Positions 56,885 through 64,000 of a stretch of DNA of 64,000 bases are shown piece after piece. Under the pieces are notes generated by a model that had not been told where the DNA came from, searched no databases, and saw nothing but the letters and a program-made list of their open reading frames with translations. Location of the stretch: NCBI GenBank assembly GCA_017404545.1, contig JAFRCC010000006.1, positions 8-64,007 on the forward strand, given 5' to 3'. A program made the translations under genes and the position numbers. Origin of the DNA: Clostridia bacterium (GTDB lineage: Bacteria > Bacillota > Clostridia > TANB77 > CAG-508). How positions within the stretch are numbered: the first letter of the stretch is position 1; every line of letters begins with the position of its first letter.

Positions 56885-56908
56885 TTGTGGAGATATGATT
56901 CTCCACAA
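56885..56908. promoter_or_regulatory. perfect inverted repeat TTGTGGAGA-TATGAT-TCTCCACAA upstream of hsp20
   Basis: Read directly. A related GTGGA...TCCAC hairpin sits at the hsp20 stop. Confidence 0.4.
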
Positions 56909-57229
56909 TTTTATGATCACTATTTTGATTTTTCGTGTAGCTCGTTGATGGTTCTTGGTGTTATAAAAAATGGTTTAATGAACTTTTATTTTATTTGCAT
57001 TTTACCTTTTTGTGTCTGTTTATTTTCCTCCGAGATTTTTATTATATTGTTTATTATTTATTTAAAATTGTTGAATAATTATTTAATATTTCTACATTGA
57101 ACGATATTGAATAAATTTAAAAACAATTAAATACAAAGTATTAACAATAGAGAAAGTATAAGTATAGGATATTTTGAAATATATCTAATACATACTTATA
57201 GAAAATTCATCTATAGGAGTGTGAAAAAT

Positions 57230-57823
57230 ATGGTAGATTCTGAAACCATTGAAGCAAAAATTTCTGATAAAAAAGAAGAATTTGAAGAAAAAGTAGATGA
57301 AAAAGTCGAAGAAGGAAAAGAAAAATTCGAAGAGAAAAAAGAAAAATACGAAGAAAGAAAAGAAAAAGGAAAAAATATTGCTGATAATGTAATTAACGAT
57401 TTATACAGAACCATTGATGAGGTCAAAGACAACCTCAAAAACATGCAAAAATCTGCTGATGAAAGATATGCCAACTACAAAAAATCAACTGTCCAAACAT
57501 TAGACGTTGATCTTGTTGAAACCAAAGATATCTACTACATCAAAGCAGCAGTACCTGGTGCTGAAAAAGAAGATGTGTTGATTGAAGCTGGTGACAACGA
57601 CATTACTATTGAAACCACTTTCAAACCATACATTGAAGAATTCGCAGAAGATGAAGAAGCTGAATTAATCGCTTCTAGCATCAAAGCCGGAAGATGTGTT
57701 AAAACAATCAGATTCGAAAACAGCCTTGATTTAGAAAACATCACTGCAAAATTCGCAAACGGAATCGTTACTATAACCATTCCAAAACTAATCATACCAA
57801 AACATAAAATCAATGTGGAATAG
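57230..57823 (+). CDS. hsp20: small heat-shock protein Hsp20/alpha-crystallin family (ATG 57230 preferred over GTG 57221)
   Basis: K/E-rich N-terminus then alpha-crystallin domain (DVDLVETKDIYYIKAAVPGAEKEDVLIEA...GIVTITIPK). RBS AGGAGTG. Confidence 0.8.
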   Translation: MVDSETIEAKISDKKEEFEEKVDEKVEEGKEKFEEKKEKYEERKEKGKNIADNVINDLYRTIDEVKDNLKNMQKSADERYANYKKSTVQTLDVDLVETKDIYYIKAAVPGAEKEDVLIEAGDNDITIETTFKPYIEEFAEDEEAELIASSIKAGRCVKTIRFENSLDLENITAKFANGIVTITIPKLIIPKHKINVE

Positions 57824-57850
57824 TCTCCACATTTTATCCCTTTTTTTAAA
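57813..57850 (+). terminator. hairpin ATGTGGA-ATAGTC-TCCACAT plus T-tract at the hsp20 stop
   Basis: Read directly. Confidence 0.45.
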
Positions 57851-58102
57851 AATTAATATCTTACTTAATGATTTAAGAAGTTTTAATTTCTTTTTCAATC
57901 ATTACAATTTAATCATCCATGAAAAATTAATTAGACCATTTTCTTTGTAAATCATTATCATTATACTTGATTTTTTCCTGGCATTCACTATATTTTGATA
58001 CTCCTTCCTCAAACCATTTTAAACACATGTCTTTATTTTTGTTATAATGTTCGCAGTCCAAATGGATGTTTTCTTCAGCCATATTAAAACACTTCCTTAT
58101 TT

Positions 58103-59113
58103 TTAATATCTTACTTTACCAATGTGTCTTGTTGCACCAGGATCTTCACCATTGAAGTGAGCCAAGTAATATACAAACCATTCAAGTGGAATTACAAAGA
58201 TGAATGGAGACAATAACTTATCAACATCAGCATAATCCTTTAAGTCATAGATTATTGATTTGGCTTCAAGGTTTTTACAGAAATCAATAGCTTTTTGTGT
58301 GATTTCATCAGATTTTAAATCAGATGTTAAAAAGATTACCGGAACATCCTTTTCTGCCCTTTCAATCAGACCATGTCTGAATTCTGCTGAATATTCAGGA
58401 CAAGCATGTTTGATTGCTCCTTCCATAAGCATGGTCATGGCCAATTTGTATGAAAGACCAAAGTTAGGTCCACTTCCCAAACAGTAGAAAATGTCTTCAT
58501 CTTTAAACTCTTCGGCCAACACTTTATTTTCATCTTCAGTTGCAACCAAAAGTTTTTCAAGCATTTTAGGCATTTCAGCTAATTGTGCCAGCAGCTCTGA
58601 TTTTTCCTCATAATCTGATGCCTTAAATAAGATTTGATATAAACAGGCAAGCTGGGTAATGTATGTTTTAGTACCTAAAATTGCAGTTTCTCTTTCACAT
58701 CTTGTAACAATTGGAGTTTTTGCTTCTTTAATCATGGAACTGTCAGGCTCGTTTGAAATGGATACTGTGTGTATTCCAAATTCATTGCATCTTCTTAAAG
58801 ATGCAAGAGTATCAGCAGTTTCACCTGACTGAGAAGTAAAAATAGCTATGGAGTTTTCATCATTTACCAATTTCTTGTTGTAGTAAAATTCATAACCAGT
58901 ATAGACTTCTATGTTCATGTTAGTACTGGACATCCTAATTGCATCCCTAACACTGTAACAAGTTGAAATAGAACTACCGCAACCAATTAAATAGATTTTA
59001 TCCACTTGTGAAATTAAATCAGACACGTCATCCATCTTTGGCATTTCACTTTCAAATGTTTTTTTAAGTGAATCAGGTTGTTCCATCATTTCGTCATACA
59101 TTTTATATTTCAT
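58103..59113 (-). CDS. SIS-domain sugar-phosphate isomerase/aminotransferase-like protein (two SIS domains)
   Basis: [10 protein letters not shown]...[11 protein letters not shown] and [19 protein letters not shown] are SIS-fold phosphosugar-binding motifs. Confidence 0.6.
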   Translation of the reverse strand: MKYKMYDEMMEQPDSLKKTFESEMPKMDDVSDLISQVDKIYLIGCGSSISTCYSVRDAIRMSSTNMNIEVYTGYEFYYNKKLVNDENSIAIFTSQSGETADTLASLRRCNEFGIHTVSISNEPDSSMIKEAKTPIVTRCERETAILGTKTYITQLACLYQILFKASDYEEKSELLAQLAEMPKMLEKLLVATEDENKVLAEEFKDEDIFYCLGSGPNFGLSYKLAMTMLMEGAIKHACPEYSAEFRHGLIERAEKDVPVIFLTSDLKSDEITQKAIDFCKNLEAKSIIYDLKDYADVDKLLSPFIFVIPLEWFVYYLAHFNGEDPGATRHIGKVRY

Positions 59114-59204
59114 AGCTAAAACTCCTTTAAATTTAATAAATAATATTAATATATTGTTAATAGATATATAAAAATGTTTTTTAGAAAATAATTAAAATGA
59201 TATT

Positions 59205-59831
59205 ATGGAAATAGATTTAGCTTTAATTGGAATGGAAAAAGGAAAACAATATGAAACAATTATTACTACAAAAAATAGTGACAATATTCAAAATGCAGCA
59301 CCTATTGGAGTAATATGCTCCGGAAAGGATAAAGTTTTATGCCGAATTTTCAAAGGAGGAAAAACTTTAGAAAATATATGTAATCAAAAAGAGTTTACTG
59401 TAAATATCACTCATGACCCAGAATTATTTATGTTATCGACTTTAGGAAATCTTCCAGAAGAGTATTTTAACCAAGATAACTCAATTAAAGACATTGATGC
59501 TTATTTTAAATGCAAAGTTGTTTCTTTTAAAGAAGCTGTTAAACAAAGTGACCCCATTAAAAAGAAAGGTGAAGCGATTGTTATCAAATCAGAAGTTACA
59601 GAATTGATTATAAATAACGATATCAAAGCGTTCAACCGTGGTTTTGGATATGTTATCGAATCATTATCAAATTATTCCCGTTTTGATTTGGTGGATGAAG
59701 ATAAAAAACAGGAATACATTAAAACATTTAGAGAAGCCAACAGAATTGTTAGAAAAATAGGGTATAAAAAAGACATTGCATCAATGAATGCAATAAAAAA
59801 TAAAATAAAAGAAAAAGGATATGATGTTTAA
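59205..59831 (+). CDS. DUF447-family protein (split-barrel, flavin-reductase-like)
   Basis: Sequence family recognised from memory; 208 aa. Confidence 0.4.
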   Translation: MEIDLALIGMEKGKQYETIITTKNSDNIQNAAPIGVICSGKDKVLCRIFKGGKTLENICNQKEFTVNITHDPELFMLSTLGNLPEEYFNQDNSIKDIDAYFKCKVVSFKEAVKQSDPIKKKGEAIVIKSEVTELIINNDIKAFNRGFGYVIESLSNYSRFDLVDEDKKQEYIKTFREANRIVRKIGYKKDIASMNAIKNKIKEKGYDV

Positions 59832-61549
59832 TTTTTAATAACATCAATAAATTCAAATGAATCTCCATCAAACAAACCTTGATCTGAAATTTTTAATGAT
59901 GGAATAACTAAAAGCGCCATAAATGCCATTGTCATAAATGGTGCATCAAGTGTACATCCTAAAGCAGCAGCCATCTTATGTAAGGTATCTAACTTTTCTG
60001 CAACAACAAAAGCGTCTTCATTGCTCATAAGCCCTGCGATTGGAAGTGAAAGTGAATCTCTAAAGTCTTCACTTACAACGGCAAATCCACCTTTATTGTC
60101 AATGACTTCATTTACAGCTTCAGCCATCATTTCAGAGTCATATCCAACTACAACAATATTGTGTGAGTCATGAGCTACAGAAGAAGCGATGGCGCCTTTT
60201 TTAAGATTGAAACCAGTTATGAATGCATTGGTTATTGCTTCACCACCATATCTTTCAACAACAGCTATTTTCAATACATCCTGATAAATGTCTGACTGAA
60301 CTTTGCCCTCTTTAACTTTCAGCTTTGCAGTTGTCTTTTTGGTTAGAAGTTCACCATTATAACATTTGATTACATTGACTTCACATTCATTGCCATCGAA
60401 ATAAACATCAAAGTCTTCAGGTGATTTTTGAGAAACGTTCATTGAATTTGTGGTTTCAACATCCTCAACATCAAACAATACTTCTTCACCGTCAAATACA
60501 CATTGCCCGTCAATGTATGTTTTTAAGACATTCAAATCGCGTAAACTGTCAATTACTACAAAATCAGCTTTGCCCCCAGTTACGATAGCTCCGCCTTCAA
60601 GGCCAAAATGATTTGCAGGATTAATAGTTACCATTTCAATTGCCTGAATAACATCAATTCCAAGTTCTGCTGCCTTTTTGATTGATTTGTTTAAATGTCC
60701 ATCAATTAAGTCGTTAGGATGCTTGTCATCACTTACAATAAAGTCAAATATTGGGGAGTGCAATCTTCTCTCGATTATCTCAGTTGGTATGATACTGAAA
60801 CCATCCTGTTTTTTCAGGTGGTTTAACTTCTCTGAAAAATCAAAGAGAGCTTCCATATTTTTAGCAGATGATCCATCACGAACCATAATTTTCATACCTT
60901 TCTGCTTTTTCTCCATAGCTTCATTGAAATTACTGCATTCGTGATCAGTTACTATACGTTGAGCGATATATTTATCCAAATCTCTACCAGTTACAAGTGG
61001 CGCATGACCATCAATAGGTTTTCCAGACTGTCTTGCAAGCTCAAGTTTTCTTAAGACTTCCTCATCCCCTCCGATAACACCAGGGAAGTTCATCATCTCA
61101 GCAAGACCGACAACCTCATCCTTTTGAAGCAAATAGCTAATATCTTCAGCATCCAAAACAGCGCCTGATGTTTCAAATGCAGTTGCCGGAACACAGGAAG
61201 GTGCTGTAAAATAAAAGTTGAATGGAACTTTTGAAGCATTGTCAATCATGAATTCAATACCGTCGATTCCTGAAACGTTTGCAATTTCATGAGGATCACA
61301 TACAACTGCAGTGGTACCGTGTCTTACAGCAATTTTTGCAAATTGCTGCGGTGTAATCATACTGCTTTCAATATGAATGTGAGAATCAATAAAACCTGGA
61401 ACCAATAATCCATCCACATCAATTTTTGTCTCTTCAGTAACAACAATCGGAAGTATTTCCTTAAAAATACCTTCTTCAATTGTTATTCTTGCCGGATAAA
61501 TAGATTCTGTTAAAACATCTAAAATATAAGCTGTAAATTTCATTTTCAT
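59828..61549 (-). CDS. ade: adenine deaminase
   Basis: [14 protein letters not shown] metal-binding motif as in bacterial AdeC; about 570 aa; amidohydrolase fold. Confidence 0.8.
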   Translation of the reverse strand: MKMKFTAYILDVLTESIYPARITIEEGIFKEILPIVVTEETKIDVDGLLVPGFIDSHIHIESSMITPQQFAKIAVRHGTTAVVCDPHEIANVSGIDGIEFMIDNASKVPFNFYFTAPSCVPATAFETSGAVLDAEDISYLLQKDEVVGLAEMMNFPGVIGGDEEVLRKLELARQSGKPIDGHAPLVTGRDLDKYIAQRIVTDHECSNFNEAMEKKQKGMKIMVRDGSSAKNMEALFDFSEKLNHLKKQDGFSIIPTEIIERRLHSPIFDFIVSDDKHPNDLIDGHLNKSIKKAAELGIDVIQAIEMVTINPANHFGLEGGAIVTGGKADFVVIDSLRDLNVLKTYIDGQCVFDGEEVLFDVEDVETTNSMNVSQKSPEDFDVYFDGNECEVNVIKCYNGELLTKKTTAKLKVKEGKVQSDIYQDVLKIAVVERYGGEAITNAFITGFNLKKGAIASSVAHDSHNIVVVGYDSEMMAEAVNEVIDNKGGFAVVSEDFRDSLSLPIAGLMSNEDAFVVAEKLDTLHKMAAALGCTLDAPFMTMAFMALLVIPSLKISDQGLFDGDSFEFIDVIKN

Positions 61550-62769
61550 TCCTCATGCAAAGCGTTATAAAGAAGTGGCAGAAATGTACCAATGTCTGTA
61601 ACAATACCCACTACCTGAGCACTACCCCTATCAGACAGTTTAGTAACTGTAGATGGATTGATATCCACACAGATACTTTTAACTCTAGATGGGAGCAGAT
61701 TACCTGTAGCGATTGAATGAAGCATTGTTGCAATCATAATTACCATATCAACTTCTTGAGCATAATGACGCATTAACTTTTGTGACTCTGCAGTATCAGT
61801 TATAACATCAGGAAGAGGCCCATCATCACGAATAGACCCTGCAAGAACATAAGGAACATTGTTTTTAATACACTCATACATGATTCCACCAGTCAAAGTT
61901 CCATCTTCAACTGCATTTTTAATAGAACCTGAATTGTTAATCCTATTAATGGCCCTCATGTGGTGAGTGTGTCCATGTGCTACGATTTTACCGGTTTCAA
62001 CTTCAATACCTAATGAAGTACCAAACAAATTAGATTCAATGTCGTGAGTAGCTAAAGCATTTCCCGCCATAATGACATCAATGTATCCTTCCCTAACCAA
62101 AGCAGCTAAGAATTTACCTGAACCAGTGTGTACAATAGCTGGTCCTCCAACAATACCTATTTTTCCACCTTTAGCCTTGATTTCCTTCATTTCACGAGCA
62201 ATACCATTAATTAAGTTCATTAATGGTTTTTCAGAAGACACTTCACTGTTCATGAACTCGAATACCTGCTGTTCATCTCTTGATCTGTGAGGAGGTGTAA
62301 CTTTAACACCATCAAGACCAACGACGATCTTATCTCCAGCTTTAATTTCTGCAATTGGCTTTACAAAAGCTCTTTTTTCATCTTCATCAACTACAACCAA
62401 ACAGTCCATTTCAATTTCTTCAACAGGAATCCAATTCCCATCATAGAAAATATGAGTAGTATGATTAGATGAGGAATAAAAACCTTCAGGAGCAACTTTA
62501 TCTTTAGTTGATGCAACAAGATTAACTTCTTTAATATCATCGATTGATGCACCAAGAACAGACAATTCATCTAAAATAGACTCTAATAATTCGGGAGAAT
62601 CTGCTGAAACTTCAATTTTTGCATGACTTACATCTGATTTTTTACGCCCAACATCGATTTCCAATATGTCAAATTCTCCGCCTTTGTCCATAATTATGCC
62701 CATTGTTTTAGTTAAAGTCAATGAGTCAATAATATGGCCAGAAAGCTCTATAGTTCTTTTATTATCCAT
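61546..62769 (-). CDS. conserved archaeal protein (TIGR00300 / LOR-SDH-like Rossmann protein; function uncertain)
   Basis: 407 aa with glycine-rich [15 protein letters not shown]. Family recalled from memory only. Confidence 0.35.
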   Translation of the reverse strand: MDNKRTIELSGHIIDSLTLTKTMGIIMDKGGEFDILEIDVGRKKSDVSHAKIEVSADSPELLESILDELSVLGASIDDIKEVNLVASTKDKVAPEGFYSSSNHTTHIFYDGNWIPVEEIEMDCLVVVDEDEKRAFVKPIAEIKAGDKIVVGLDGVKVTPPHRSRDEQQVFEFMNSEVSSEKPLMNLINGIAREMKEIKAKGGKIGIVGGPAIVHTGSGKFLAALVREGYIDVIMAGNALATHDIESNLFGTSLGIEVETGKIVAHGHTHHMRAINRINNSGSIKNAVEDGTLTGGIMYECIKNNVPYVLAGSIRDDGPLPDVITDTAESQKLMRHYAQEVDMVIMIATMLHSIATGNLLPSRVKSICVDINPSTVTKLSDRGSAQVVGIVTDIGTFLPLLYNALHEE

Positions 62770-62897
62770 AATATTTGCTCCAATTAGTTAATATTATAGA
62801 TATATGTTTTGGTGATATTTAATGGTATTGAAAATATGAAATTTGCTAAAAAAAGAAATCTATAAAAATAAAAAAAAGTTAGACTCAAATATTGAGC

Positions 62898-63986
62898 CTA
62901 AAGTCCAAAGAACAGGTATATTATAAATACAATAACCATTAACCAGATTCCCCAACTTAACTCTTTTGATTTTCCACTAGCTAAGCTTGCAATTGCGTAA
63001 ACAACGAATCCCCAAGCGATACCTAATGAAATGGAGTAAGTTAAAATCATCATGATAATGGTCATGAATACGGAAGCTGCAACAACAAGACTGTCCCATT
63101 GAATTTCTTTTAATTGTACAATCATTAAAATACCAACAATTACTAATGCAGCACAAGTAACAGGAGAGGTAAATAAACCTAAAATCAATGGTGTGAAGAA
63201 TATTGATAAAATAAATAAGATACCAGTAACGATAGCAGTTAAACCGGTTTTACCACCTAAACCAATACCAGTTGCACTTTCTACATATGCGGTTACTGTA
63301 CTGGTACCGAATATTGCACCGACAATACCACCAACAGCATCTGCTAAAAATGCGTTTTCAATTCCAACAGCCTGACCTTCCTCATCGATGAAACCACATT
63401 GTCTACCTAATGCCATTAAAGTTCCTGTTGTATCGAAAAATGTAACAAATACAAGTGAGAACAACATCATGATTAAGTTTGGAATATTAGTAAACAATTG
63501 TCCGAATCCATTTACAAATCCACCGAACAGGGATAAGTCAAAAGTAGTGGTAATGAATTCTGAAGGAACTGTAGGCATTAACATATCTCCTGCACCAAAT
63601 CCGAGTGCAGTAAATATTACACCGATTATGGCGGTAACAACTAATCCTACAAATACTGCAGCAGGGAATTCTCTTACATATAAAATTAAAGTAATTACAA
63701 TACCGATTAATGCAAGAAGAGCTGGAGCAGCCACAAGGTTACCCATTGAAACAAATGTTGATGGATCAGCTACAATAATTCCCGCACCTTTTAAACCTAA
63801 AAATGCCAAGAAGAATCCGATTGCAGCACCAATACCTAGTTTTAAGTCAAGAGGTATGATGTTTAAAATAGCTTCCCTTAATCCTGAAACAGTAATAATT
63901 AAAAAGATTATACTTGAAATGAATACTGCTGCGAGTGCAGTTTCCCAAGTGTTTCCCATTGTTAAAATGATTGTATATGTAAACAA
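62898..63986 (-). CDS. NCS2-family purine permease (AzgA/PbuG-like), N-terminus likely beyond the window
   Basis: Many TM helices and NCS2-like motifs; adjacent to adenine deaminase. Confidence 0.7.
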   Translation of the reverse strand: MFTYTIILTMGNTWETALAAVFISSIIFLIITVSGLREAILNIIPLDLKLGIGAAIGFFLAFLGLKGAGIIVADPSTFVSMGNLVAAPALLALIGIVITLILYVREFPAAVFVGLVVTAIIGVIFTALGFGAGDMLMPTVPSEFITTTFDLSLFGGFVNGFGQLFTNIPNLIMMLFSLVFVTFFDTTGTLMALGRQCGFIDEEGQAVGIENAFLADAVGGIVGAIFGTSTVTAYVESATGIGLGGKTGLTAIVTGILFILSIFFTPLILGLFTSPVTCAALVIVGILMIVQLKEIQWDSLVVAASVFMTIIMMILTYSISLGIAWGFVVYAIASLASGKSKELSWGIWLMVIVFIIYLFFGL

Positions 63987-64000
63987 TGCATTTAGTCCCA

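Noticed and set aside
56658-57100. ORFs 56658-56906 (-) and 56885-57100 (+) in the hsp20 upstream region
   Set aside because: Odd amino-acid composition. They span the palindromic regulatory element and AT-rich promoter DNA. A short + strand ORF (56654-56809) looks more protein-like but remains low confidence.
56385-57220. Right-end attachment site matching the 58-bp repeat
   Set aside because: Only a 12-nt match (TTTTAATAACT near 56472) was found by eye, which is not above chance in AT-rich DNA. attR remains unidentified and needs a computational repeat search.
57211-63375. ORFs antisense to host genes (57211-57474, 57535-57813, 58260-58487, 60678-60944, 62072-62290, 62287-62472, 63193-63375)
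   Set aside because: Embedded in the well-supported hsp20, SIS, adenine deaminase, TIGR00300-like and permease genes.
1-64000. CRISPR arrays, tRNA or rRNA genes
   Set aside because: No regularly spaced short repeats with unique spacers were seen, and no GC-rich cloverleaf-like segments. The obvious candidate site for a tRNA integration target, the 56.4-57.2-kb junction, is uniformly AT-rich.

Overview
AT-rich methanogen DNA (Methanobrevibacter-like). The evidence: GGTGAT/AGGAG ribosome-binding sites, an MCM helicase, and a pseudomurein endoisopeptidase carrying pseudomurein-binding repeats. Most of the window (about 3.0-56.4 kb) is one integrated tailed provirus with clear modules. (1) Tyrosine integrase at the left end (3178-4290). 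(2) An early, replication and recombination block on the + strand (6.6-16.2 kb): many small ORFs, an Erf/Rad52-like annealing protein, an MCM helicase, an RHH regulator behind a GC-rich palindrome, a tandem AP2-like DNA-binding protein, and an XPF/ERCC4-like nuclease. (3) An opposite-strand island (16.5-20.2 kb) with type I hsdM and hsdS but no hsdR, plus a tiny RHH gene and a 135-aa partner. (4) A late block (20.6-51.8 kb): dTMP-kinase-like protein, ParB-like nuclease, SplB-like radical SAM protein, large terminase, portal, protease/scaffold, major capsid with an Ig-like decoration domain, tail genes, tape measure, a protein with a PG_binding_1 domain, a Tal-like protein with a transglutaminase-like peptidase domain, gp25-like and J-like baseplate proteins, beta-helix and coiled-coil fibers, and the Pei lysin. 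(5) An accessory tail of small genes (51.8-56.4 kb) carrying their own conserved promoter-like boxes and a secreted Lys/Tyr-rich Ig-domain protein. To the left of the integrase, a roughly 2.5-kb segment bounded by 58-bp direct repeats carries a Fic-family gene bracketed by two near-identical 135-145-bp blocks of TTAATCATCAACC iterons. To the right of the provirus lie cellular genes: hsp20, a SIS-domain sugar-phosphate isomerase, DUF447, adenine deaminase, a conserved archaeal protein, and a partial NCS2 purine permease. Three strictly conserved short motifs recur across the element. GAGCTGATAAATATG occurs at 8 gene starts. GGAGTCGCAACCATG occurs 3 times. A bipartite TACATATATGTA-N12-CTATAAYTAWCG element occurs 3 times. 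Accessory genes are repeatedly bracketed by direct repeats. No tRNA, rRNA or CRISPR array was found. The right-hand attachment site could not be identified by eye.
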